From: Phyllobates terribilis
Lineage: Eukaryota
Length of the DNA: 64,000 nucleotides
Assembly: GCF_046119375.1 (NCBI RefSeq)
Contig: NW_027362767.1
Location: 385,392,001-385,456,000 of the forward strand
Reading direction: 5' to 3'
Positions 25,158-36,124 of this stretch are shown here, one piece after another. The position numbers were made by a program, and so were the translations under genes. A model generated the notes under the pieces. It worked only from the letters and a program-made list of their open reading frames with translations. It had not been told where the DNA came from and searched no databases. Positions within the stretch are counted from its first letter, which is position 1; each line of letters starts with the position of its first letter.

Positions 25158-26959
25158 GTCTCCAAGTGAGCCAAAAGGAAAAAAAAAGTGGACAGATAAC
25201 AGATTATATACTCCACAATTGCTTAAAAATTGTGCGACATATCAAAAAAAAAAAATCACAAATAAGGAATTAGTTCAAAACATCTGGATAATGAAAACCA
25301 CATCCATATTGGCGAGCAAACTTAAAAATGATGAGGATTGGAGGAAAAAAAAATAATAATAAAAGTAAAAATGTTGCAAAAGCCATAATGACGTTAATGG
25401 AAAAATAAAAATGCTTAAAACAAAGTACAAAAAAAGGGATTAATCGGGGCCTTAAAGGGTTGTCCCATGATTGATTTTCAGGAGTGAACCACTCCTCTAG
25501 CTCACGGCTTTCTGCTTGCATTTCTAAATGATTGACAGTTCAAACCAACGGCATCGAGTCACTGATCCAATCTGTGCACTCTCCCATGCATTGCCTCTGC
25601 AGCAACGGAGAAGCGCAGCAACAGGCCTCAGAGCAGCACTTACAAGCTATTTTCAATAGAGTTTGCAAGAGCTGCACTCCTTGCCTAGGAGACCGGCCAC
25701 TGCTGATAGACTGCAGAGGTGGCCGATAACCTGGGTCAGTAAACAATTAAAAATACCTTTGTTTTTTAAGATTGGAGATGATTTTTAATAATGAGTAAAT
25801 TGCAAAGTTGCTTGTTTTTACAAGCCCTTTTCAACAAATTTTGTATTAACACTTAAATTTATGGAAAGCAATCTAACTTTATACAATGAAGCCAAGAAAA
25901 CAATCCTTGAGTATATATTAAAAAAAAAAGTGCAATGGAAAGCAGAAACTCATTTTTGACCTCATTGTATATAAATATTACAATATATGTTCACCACGAC
26001 ATAATGTAATGCGATAACTGCAGTCAGCAAAGCGCACTTTTGACGCGTGCCACTTTTCCATTTGTTCTACGACACGGTTACTGCGCTATAGCACGGTCGT
26101 CACTGGAAATCGCTGTGGTTTCCCATCTTTACATAGAGAAGGTAGGGTCTGAACACAAGGACTGCGGCTCAGAAAGAGATGAAAGAAGAAGGATATTAGG
26201 ACAATAGTGTCAGCTGTCACAGAGGAGAAAAGCGGACATTAAGGAGCCCTCCTTGTATCCATACAACTGACACAAAGTAGCAGAGAAGTCAGCAGTGAAA
26301 CCTACCCCAAGCTCAGCAGGCAGCGTCCTCCTCCACCGTCATCTGTGGGATACAAAGCAACTGCCCAGACAGGCCTGGTGTGCAGGGGGCCGGGCAGGAC
26401 GCGGCCAGGAGGGGCCTGTGCAGCTGTGGTTTCCTGCTGTAGGAGTGGTTATTCCAGGGCTGCAGAAATGTCACTTGGGTTAATGCTGAGCTTCTTTTTG
26501 ATTTCTAGTGGTATGTGCACACAGTCGGCATTGGCAGCGCTTTGAACGCAGTATACTTTATGCTGTGTCCAAAGCTCTGCACGCAGGTATAGCCGCATGT
26601 GTTCATTGAACCATGCGGATTCACCGCATCCCATACATTACAGTGATCTAATTTCTCTTGCGGAGACTAGTGGCTCCGCAAGAGAAATTGACATGCTGCG
26701 GTCTGGAAAGACGAGCCGCATGTCCGTGTCCTCAGGTGATCCGCAGGTGCACGGAGACACATAGTGGGCATGGGATTTCTACAAATCCCATCCACTATGC
26801 TGTAACATCTAGCCGCTGTGGTTTGCACGCAGTGCAAGTGTGCTGCATCCAATCCGCAGTGATTACTGATCGTGTGCATGTACCCTAACTGTCTCAAACT
26901 TCCCCAAGTTTCCATTTTTTTCATCCCCACCTTCTAAGAACTATAACCTTTCTTAACAA

Positions 26960-27245
26960 TAGATGTCACCTCCTCCTCCTGTACAATGACTGATAACACC
27001 TCTATATACAGTAGATAACACAGGATCCGCCATTCACAATAGGTGATGTCACAGCTCACCTCCTCCTCCTGTACAATGACTGATAACACCTCTATGTACA
27101 GTAGATAACACAGGATCCACCATTCACAATAGGTGATGTCACAGCTCACCTCCTCCTCCTGTACAATGACTGATAACACCTCTATATACAGTAGATAACA
27201 CAGGATCCACCATTCACAATAGGAGATGTCACACCTCACCTCCTC
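26960..27245. repeat. 90-bp tandem repeat, ~3 copies
   Basis: 90-bp period at 27001/27091/27181. Confidence 0.9.
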
Positions 27246-27312
27246 ATTATAAAAATATGAAAATGCCAAAAGTCATTTTCTGTAGCTGCATTTCCCCCAA
27301 AAATACAATTAA

Positions 27313-28014
27313 GGCTATGTGCCCACGTTGCGGACCTGAAGAATATTTTTTACGCTTCTCCCTGGCAGGAAAATCGCATGCGGATATTACATGCGGTTTT
27401 CCCGCCAGGTAGAAGCGTTTGTGAGGCGTCTTTGCATGCATTTCCGCATGCGGGTTATCAAGCACTTCTCCAAGCATCACTTGGAAAAGTGCTTGACAAC
27501 TTGTTCAGAATGGTAAAAATTAAAAAAATAAATTTTATACTCAACTTCCGATGCATTCTCTGCCCCGTCCGGAGTCTTGAGCGGCTCACGCTGTTGTGTG
27601 CAGGACCTGCGGTGACGTCATTGAGTCATGTGGTGGGTCACATGACTCAATGACGTGGCAGGTCCTTCAGACAACAGCGCGACGGAGGGAAAACATCAGA
27701 AGATAAGTATAAACTTTATTTTATTCTTTTTTTTACAGGTTCTTTGGTACCCAGGTCTGGATGAGAGTCTCCTCTCATCCAGACTTGGGTACCATCCGCA
27801 CATTGATTCCGCTGCGCTTCCGCAAAATTAATGAACATGCTGCGGATTTTTGACCGCAGCATATACGCTGCGGAAAAATCCGCAACATGGGCATTGACAT
27901 TGCGGAATGCCATTGGGGACCATGGGGTGCGGATATACATGCGTTTTTCAAGCGTTTACGCTGCGGAAATTCCGCAGCATATACGCTTGAAAAACGATAC
28001 GTGGGCACACAGCC
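27313..28014. mobile_element. PIF/Harbinger-like MITE (TAA TSD)
   Basis: TAA|GGCTATGTGCCCACG ... CGTGGGCACACAGCC|TAA. Confidence 0.88.
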
Positions 28015-28023
28015 TAAAGAATA

Positions 28024-29595
28024 CACTGCTTAAAAAAATAAAGGGAACACTCAAATAACACATCCTAGATCTGAGTGAATGAAATATTCTCACTGAATAC
28101 TTTGTTCTGTACAAAGTTGAATGTGCTGACAACAAAATCACACAAAAATCATCAATGGAAATCAAATTTATTAACCGATGGAGGCCTGGATTTGGAGTCA
28201 CCCCCAAAATTAAAGTGGAAAAACACACTACAGGCTGATCCAACTTTGATGTAATGTCCTTAAAACAAGTCAAAATGAGTCTCAGTATTGTGTGTGGCCT
28301 CCATGTGCCTGTATGACCTCCCTACAACACCTGGGCATGCTCCTGATGAGGTTGCGGATGGTCTCCTGTGAGATCTCCTCCCAGACCTGGACTAAAGCAT
28401 CCGCCAACTCCTGGACAGTCTGTGGTGCAACGTGACGTTGGTGGATGGAGCGAGACATGATGTCCCAGATGTGCACAATCGGATTCAGGTCTGGGGAACG
28501 GGCGGGCCAGTCCATAGCTTCAATGCCTTCATCTTGCAGGAACTGCTGACACACTCCAGCCACGTGAGGTCTGGCATTGTCCTGCATTAGGAGGAAGCCA
28601 GGGCCAACCGCACCAGCATATGGTCTCACAAGGGGTCTGAGGATCTCATCTCGGTACCTAATGGCAGTCAGGCTACCTCTGGCGAGCACATGGAGGGCTG
28701 TGCGGCCCTCCAAAGAAATGCCACACCACACCATTACTGACCCACTGCCAAACCGGTCATGCTGAAGGATGTTGCAGGCAGCAGATCGCTCTCCACAGTG
28801 TCTCCAGACTCTGTCACATGTGCTGAGTGTGAACCTGCTTTCATCTGTGAAGAGCACAGGGTGCCAATGGTGACTTTGCCAATCCTGGTGTTATGTGGCA
28901 AATGCCAAGCGTCCTGCACGGTGTAGGGCTGTGAGCACAACCCCCATCTGTGGACGTCGGGCCCTCATACCACCCTCATGGAGTCAGTTTCTAACCGTTT
29001 GTGCAGACACATGCACATTTGTGGCCTGCTGGAAGTCATTTTGCAGGGCTCTGGCAGTGCTCCTCCTGTTCCTCCTTGCACAAAGGCGGAGGTAGCGGTC
29101 CTGCTGCTGGGTTGTTGCCCTCCTACAGCCCCCTCCACGTCTCCTGGTGTACTGACCTGTCGCCTGGTAGTGCCTCCAGCCTCTGGACACTATTCTGACA
29201 GACACAGCAAACCTTCTTGCCACAGCTCGCATTGATGTGCCATCCAGGATGAGCTGCACTACCTGAGCAACTTCTGTGGGTTGTAGAGTCCGTCTCATGC
29301 TACCACGAGTGTGAAAGCACAACCAACATTCAAAAGTGACCAAAACATCAGCCAGAAAGCATTGGTACTGAGATGTGGTCTGTGGTCCCCACCTGCAGAA
29401 CCACTCCTTTATTGAGGGTGTCTTGATAATTGCCAATAATTTCCATCTATTGTCTATTCCATTTGCACAACAGCATGTGAAATTGATTGTCAATCAGTGT
29501 TGCTTCCTAAGTGGACAGTTTGATTTCACAGAAGTTTGATTTACTTGGAGTTATATTCTGTTGTTTAAGTGTTCCCTTTATTTTTTTGAGCAGTG
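28024..29595 (-). mobile_element. Tc1 transposon (28-bp TIR, TA TSD), decayed
   Basis: TA|CACTGCTTAAAAAAATAAAGGGAACACT mirrored at 29595|TA; ORFs 28984..29493 and 28282..28857 (FTDESRF, MQDNARPH, SPDLNPIV with the catalytic E changed to V). Confidence 0.94.
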
Positions 29596-30093
29596 TATAT
29601 TATGTAGCCCAAACTAGTTCCAGTAAAAAAAAAAGTCCTGACAAAGCTCCATCAACAGAAAAATAAAATGATAAAAAAGTCTCAAATGGTCACTTTTTTC
29701 TATTATTATTACATTGTTGGCTTAAAAAAAATCTGAAGTTTGTAAAAAAAAATGTAAAAATATCATACTAGTTTGGTTTTGCCACAATCATAAAATGACT
29801 GGTGTCATTCAAAGCTACAACTCGTCCCGCAATAAACAAGTCTTAAGATGTGGAGAGAAATCTAGTTTGAGATCTTGGAAGAAAATAATATTGTCTGTGT
29901 CCTTAAAGCCTCATTCACGTGTTTATTTTTCAATTCAGCATATTGGAGACATCCAGTGGTGGACAATCCCTCTAAGGGATCCCTACAACTCCCAGCATGT
30001 ACATGACTCCATTATTAACATGAGCAGAGCCAGCTAGGAGCGATATGAATATTGGAGGGCTTTGCATGCAGACAGAATATCCCCCTCTCCTAC

Positions 30094-30408
30094 CTCCCCT
30101 CCCCCACAACCGGAGAAAATTGTCGGAAGAGATGGTTTAGGTCCCACGTTTATTTACCAGGTCAGTATCCTGCACCCGCTGTGGATGACGTCAGCACGCA
30201 ATCAGCGCCTCCCACAAAACTACAATTCCCAAGAGGCATCGGGTTGCAATTGGCAGTCACGAGTCTGTGTCCACCAATCAGCGTGTCTCATGCTAGCAGA
30301 GCGCTTGTTGATTGGCTGAGTGTGAATGACGTGAGATCCGGGTGCGGGCACAACGGAAGAGGGTCCCGGGGACAGCGGAGGCGGGAGGCTGCGGTGGAGA
30401 GGACGGGG
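30094..30408. promoter_or_regulatory. Candidate bidirectional promoter and non-coding first exons of PLD3 (-) and C19orf47 (+)
   Basis: GC/CpG-rich island between the two genes. Motifs: CRE TGACGTCA 30186-30193; ZNF143/Staf ACTACAATTCCCA 30219-30231; CCAAT boxes 30249-30253(-), 30274-30278(+), 30311-30315(-); TGACGTGA 30328-30335; ETS CGGAAG 30354-30359. Outward-facing donors: plus gtgagt at 30409; minus gtaaat at 30157 or gtagga at 30093. Confidence 0.75.
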
Positions 30409-30622
30409 GTGAGTTTTGTCTGCACTCTGTAATGTAAGGATTGCCGTTGAGGTAGAAGTGGCTTGTTGGCAGCCTTCCATGTTGTCATGTCACAGAACTC
30501 ATTTTAATTCCAGAAGTCTGTACTACTGCTTGTGTGAACTGTCCTCTATAAGACGCCCTTCTTCTTTGTACTTAGTAAGGCTTCATTGACTTCAATTACA
30601 TCGGAGATGATAGCTGCACTTA

Positions 30623-31449
30623 GGCTATGTGCCCACGATGCAGAAATGAAGCAGAAAATTTCTTCAGCATTTCTGCATCTCCCTGGCAGAAAAAACGCAT
30701 GCAGATTGTGCATGCGTTTTTCCTGCAGAATACATGCGGATCCACATGCGTTTCTGCATGCAGATTGACAAGCGCTTTCCAGGCGATAGCATCACTTGGA
30801 AAGTGCTTGACAACTAGGTTACACTGTATAAATCCATGCAAACGGCAAGGATTTATACAGTGTGAACCGTAAAAATTAAAACAAATAAAGCTATTCTCAC
30901 CCCCGAGGCCCCGGCGTGGCTGCAGCGCTCGTTCCTGTCTGGTTCCTGGATGCCGGCATATCGCGAGACAGAGCGGTGAAGGGCCTGCGGTCACATGACT
31001 GTGACGTCACCGCAGGTCCTCAAACGATGCCGGCATTCAGAGAGAAGCCGCCGGACAGGTGAATATAAACTTTATTTGTTATTTTATTCTTTTTTTACAG
31101 GTACAATGGTACCCAGGTCTGGATGAGAGTCTCCTCTCCTCCAGAACTGGGTACCATCCGCACATAGAGACGCATAGAAGCCGCTTGTACAAATGTACAG
31201 TCGCGGTTTCTGTGCGTCTCAATGCAAGTCAATGGCGGGAGTTCCGCTGCACTTCCGCAAAATTAAATGACATGCTGCGGACTTTTGTACGCAGCATAAA
31301 CGCTGCGGAAAAATCCGCAGCATGTGCATAGAACATGCGGAATCCCCTTGGGGACCATGGGGTGCGGATTACCTAGCGTTTCACAAGCGTTTCCGCTGCG
31401 GAAATTCCGCAGCATAAACGCTTGAAAAACGCTACGTGGGCACACAGCC
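30623..31449. mobile_element. PIF/Harbinger-like MITE
   Basis: GGCTATGTGCCCACG ... CGTGGGCACACAGCC; flanks TTA/TAA (one mismatch); internally similar to the 9686 and 27313 copies. Confidence 0.85.
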
Positions 31450-32722
31450 TAAGACTCCACATCTGCATGTGCAAAGGTTTGGACATTCCCTTTAAAAGGG
31501 TTATTCCCATCTTCATAGATGGATATTGTCGCATAGAGCTTGTAAGTACCAACAATTTAGCAATTTACTGCTTGTTAAAATTTTCAGCTGTTCTTGAGAT
31601 ATTAACACTTTTTTTTTTTCTTTTTGCTTGCAGCTTGTTGCCTAGGAGACCGACCACCGCTGCTTGATAACAGAACATGCACAGGGTGTACAAGCTCTTT
31701 TATTTTGCGCTTCTGAGCACCATTTTGAAGCCAACCAGGATCGCTGGAGTGCGCTCCAAATCCTGGCCAGCTTCAGAGCAGTGCTTACAGACTTAGACAA
31801 CAGCGGCGGTCGGTCACCTAGGCAATGAGTGGTAAAGAAAAATGTGAATATCTCAAAAACTACTGAAAATTCTAATAAGTAGTAAATTGCAAAAGTGCTT
31901 GTTTTTATAGGCTCTATCCAACAACAGCCATCTGTGAAGATAGGAAACCCATTGGGTCCACCATCCCTCCACGACTAGGTTACACGGGCCAGTTCCTGCA
32001 TTCTTACAGGGTTTTTGTTGTCCCAGATAAACAACTATTAAGGAGTCGCTCTCCACATGCTAATTAACCAGGACTAGTCCCGTGGGGGCAACGCTTCCCC
32101 CAAAACTGGCTTGTCTTCAAACCCTGTAATCTCACCCTAACCTTGGTGTCATTGAGGTCTGCCTCCCTGTCGAAGTCCTTCTCTTGGTGATGGAAGTCTC
32201 TCGCATTCAGAAGGTAGGAACGTTTATGAAGGACTGCAGGAATTGGCCTTTGTAACCCAGTGGTGGTGGATTGGGAAACCTGACCGGCTCCTTTAGAGGA
32301 TCTGTCTTCTATCATAAATGTTGTTTGTTGTTTTTTTTTTTTTACCTGATGTAAATGCCCCTGTTCTCCTGAATCCGGCGACATTTTTCTTTTGTTCCAT
32401 GCCTGAGGTTTTGTTCTTTCTTCCCTGTATTCTTTGTGTAGCTAAGTGGGTGTGGTCTTTAACAAGTGATGACAAGACTAGATTTACATGTAGGGAGAAG
32501 GGAGCCATATCTTGGGAACTGAGAGGTGCAGTAACAATCTGAGAACAGCGACATTTACCCCTGGTATAATAATTACATATTCATGGCAAGTGACAGGTCC
32601 CCTTTAATGCAATTGCCACAGTTGTTTGCACTTGGCGCAGTCATTGGTTTCAGTGGGCGATATGCTAATATTGTCTTAAATATGAGTGTATGAGCAAAGG
32701 GTCTGAATACTTATGACCATGT

Positions 32723-33812
32723 TACATATACATAGTTACATAGTTTATAAGGCCGAAAAAAGAGAAGCGTCCATCCAGTTCAGCCTATTTCTTGTGCACT
32801 GCAGCTATTCCGCAGCGTTGATCCAGGGGAAGGCAAAAAAACCATGCGGTATAGGCCAATTTACATCATTGAGGAAAAATTCACTTCCCGACTCCAATCT
32901 GGCAGTCAGATTAAATCCCTGGATTAATTAACTATCACTAAGCATAAGATGTAATTTTATTGTTCTCAAGAAAGGCGTCCAGGCCTCTCTTGAACTCATT
33001 AAGTGAGTTGGACATCACCACTTCCTCTCCCAGAGAGTTCCAGAGTCTCACGGCTCTGACCGTAAAGAATCCCCTTCTATGCTGGTGCAGGAACCTCCTT
33101 TCCTCCAGACGGATAGTGTGCCCCCTCGTCTTTGTCACCATCCTTGGTATAAACAGGTCATGGGAGAGATCTCTGTACTGCCCCCTGATGTATTTATACA
33201 TGTTTATGAGGTCTCCCCTAAGCCTTCTCTTTTCCAACGTAAATAGGCCTAATTTTGACAACCTCTCTGGGTATTCTAGTCCCTCCATTCCCTTTATTAC
33301 CTTAGTCGCCCTCCTTTGTACCCTCTCTAGCTCCAATATGTCTTTCCTGAGCACCGGAGCCCAGAACTGTGCACAATATTCTAAGTGCGGCCTTACCAGC
33401 ACTTTATACAGAGGAAGAACAATGTTCTCATCATATGCCCCTATTCCTCTTCTGATGCATGCCATGACTATTTGCCTTCGCAGCTGCTGCCTGACACTGG
33501 GCACTCCAATTTAATTTACTGTTAACCTAGACGCCCAGGTCCTTCTCCATGTCAGATTTCCCCAACGGTTTCCCATTTAATATGTATGGGTGACTGCTGT
33601 TTTTCTTTCCCATGTGCATGACCTTACATTTATCGGCATTGAACCCCATTTGCCATTTTTTGGCCCAACTCCCCAGTTTATCTAAATCCTCCTGTAGCTG
33701 TGCCCTATCCTCATCTGTATTAACTACTTTACAAAGTTTAGTATCATCTGCAAATATTGCTATTTTACTATGCAACCCTTCCACTAGATCATTAATAAAT
33801 ATATTAAATAAT
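32723..33812 (-). mobile_element. CR1 LINE, 5'-truncated (~1.1 kb), RT C-terminus
   Basis: ORFs 33527..33835 (IAIFADDTKL) and 32938..33504 (LYKVLVRPHLEYCAQFWAP...KRRLRGDL); (CATAGTTA)n tail; abuts a Tc1 TIR remnant at ~32690-32722. Confidence 0.92.
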
Positions 33813-35404
33813 ATAATTGTCATCAAATCTAGCAATGAAGATGTTAAAAATGAGTCTTATTGCATAGTCGCAGCGCCACAAGCTTTACCAGCAGACTGTT
33901 ATCGCGTCTGTTCATAGAAATTGCTCTGCCTATCCAGGTGTGATTGTGTATGGGCAGCAAAGATCTGTCATTCGTTCTTGTGGCCGGGTGCTGATACAAA
34001 TAACGAGGCGTTACTTGTGTTTTGCTTTTTACTTGGTCTCCGTCACGCCTGGTTCTGTACCTGTGTAATGACAAGATCATAGTCTTTGGCTTGGGGTAGT
34101 GTTCAGCACTAGCATTTCCCTCAGGGATCCATGAAATGATTGTAGCACAAAGGACTCGGACACTTATCCTAAATTCTCTTCCTCATTCCTGGCAGATTTT
34201 TGCTACCTTTCCAGTTGTCTTCTGTGCAGCAGTGTAGCCTGGGTGCTTCTGCTCATTACTAGGAGTGTTTTTTTGGGGGGGGGGGGGGCAGATTCTACTC
34301 CAAAATCCACTTGCTCTAGGAACAAGCTTCCTATTGATTTCAATGGGAAAAAACACTAAGGACTCATGCAGACAGGCATGCAAATGTTTAGAGCACGGAC
34401 CAGCCGCGGGTCTCACAACCTGAGTGTGCCGGCCTCCGATATTTCTGTGAGGCTGTCACGCTCTGGTTTGGAGACTCTCGGCCACTCCGTGCTTGGACCG
34501 GGTTGCACGGACATCTGCAGGGTAATGTGTCAATTCTTAAGGTGTCTCTGCTTGAATGACAGCTCCAAATTTGGCTGCTGAAAAAAAAAAAAAAACTCCA
34601 TGCGCAAAAACTATATATATATCTATATATATATATTTAAAAAAAAAAGGGCTTGGTTTTTTAAGTGGATTTTTTTCAGCCAGAAAAATCAACTTAAAAA
34701 GCTCCATGTGAACATACCCTGCGGCAGGAATTTATTATTTATTTTATTATTTTTTTGTGAATTTGCAAAAGAATTCATCCTATACATTGCGTAGTGTGCA
34801 AACCACATGGGACATCTCTCTGCAAATTTAAAATCTGCGCCAAATGTTAATGTTTGCCACTGTAATACCCTGCCTCCAATGCCAAAAAAAGATCTGCAGT
34901 TTATCCTCCTTGTGTGAACATACTACATAGCGTGGATGGCTACATGCCTGGCTGGCATGTAGCACGAAGGCTGTAGGCAAATTGCATGAGGAATGTGGCT
35001 GGGGTAGATGCCAGGGTCCGCTGTTGTTCAGTCTCATGCTGTGGATTGCATGTACTTAGACTGTGCACCTGTCCTCCTAATTAGATGTGCCAACAGACTT
35101 AATGTCTCACCCCATAATGCAGATGTTAGAGACGCTGGATCACCCCTTTAAAAATGGTACTCCCTCCAGAAATATCTCTATCTGCTGCACACAGCTTTTT
35201 TTTTTTGCACATTTTATAGAGGTGTATGATTCAGACGAAGAAAAGTAGATAAATACAGATGACAAGGTACGTAAACCGATAAAATGGAATATAGTATAGA
35301 GCCACTAGACTGGATAAGCAGTGAGAAACTATTTATTATGCTCACAAAAGTAATTAAAAATAAATGCATGGAGCAGTCCACCTCGTGGCAGGTGCTGAAT
35401 GCTT

Positions 35405-35452
35405 AGCCCGACCAAGGGTTTCGCCCTACAAATGACTGCTTCTTCTGGGGCT
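35405..35452 (-). ncRNA. Degenerate Penelope-type hammerhead ribozyme motif
   Basis: AGCCC-CAGAAGA-A-GC..GC-GAAAC-CCTTG-GTC-GGGCT; perfect 5-bp stem I, but the core has CUGA>CAGA and stem II is only 2 bp. Confidence 0.5.
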
Positions 35453-36078
35453 TGAAACCAAGGATTCTGTTCACATTATCCTTTGTATGTATTAGGTGGC
35501 AAATTCACTCCCATTTCTGTCCAACGTTGTAGTGTGGGGTTTTGTTTTTGCAATTTTACTTGATGGGTGATAAATGTTTGTGCTGGGATATCTCTTTTTT
35601 TGAGATCACAAGTGGGGAAGATTGGTCTAAACTAGTAGTGCAGAAGTGGAGCGGTTTCTTCTTTTATCTTCAAGAGACAGGTGCAAAGTGGAGCAGCCGC
35701 CCGTAGCAACCTGAGCTGCTGCATTTTGCTGGGATGAGTCGACTTCTAGGATCATTTATGCCGGACTGTAAAATACAGGCTCTCTGTTATCAGAGCCAGG
35801 CATACGGCGCCCCCCCTCAGTATTATATGGAGGCCGTCAGTCCTGGCCATAAATAGAGCGCGGCCTCGTGTGTAGTCAGGAGCTATTTCTGTCTCCCAGC
35901 TGCTTCCCGGGGATCTCGGGTAGGGCCGACCAGCTCATCCCACCCGCTGTGTCCTCTCCATCCTGATCTACCAGATCATCCGGCATATTCACATAGGAAG
36001 TTATCAAATCTGACTCCGACAGACTAGACACAATGCTCCGTCCCAGGTAGAGAATAATCTCATGTGATTTCTTTGCAG

Positions 36079-36124
36079 CTGTCAGTCATCCTTAAGGCTC
36101 CCATCATGGTGTCTGTCACGATGG
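36079..36124 (+). CDS. C19orf47: C19orf47 start exon (ATG 36106; MVSVTM)
   Basis: acceptor ctttgcag, donor gtaaga. Confidence 0.92.

Noticed and set aside
35700-36000. Alternative main promoter just upstream of the C19orf47 ATG exon
   Set aside because: GC-rich, but the ATG exon has a good acceptor (36078) and the motif-rich bidirectional site at 30.2 kb fits better; not excluded without CAGE.
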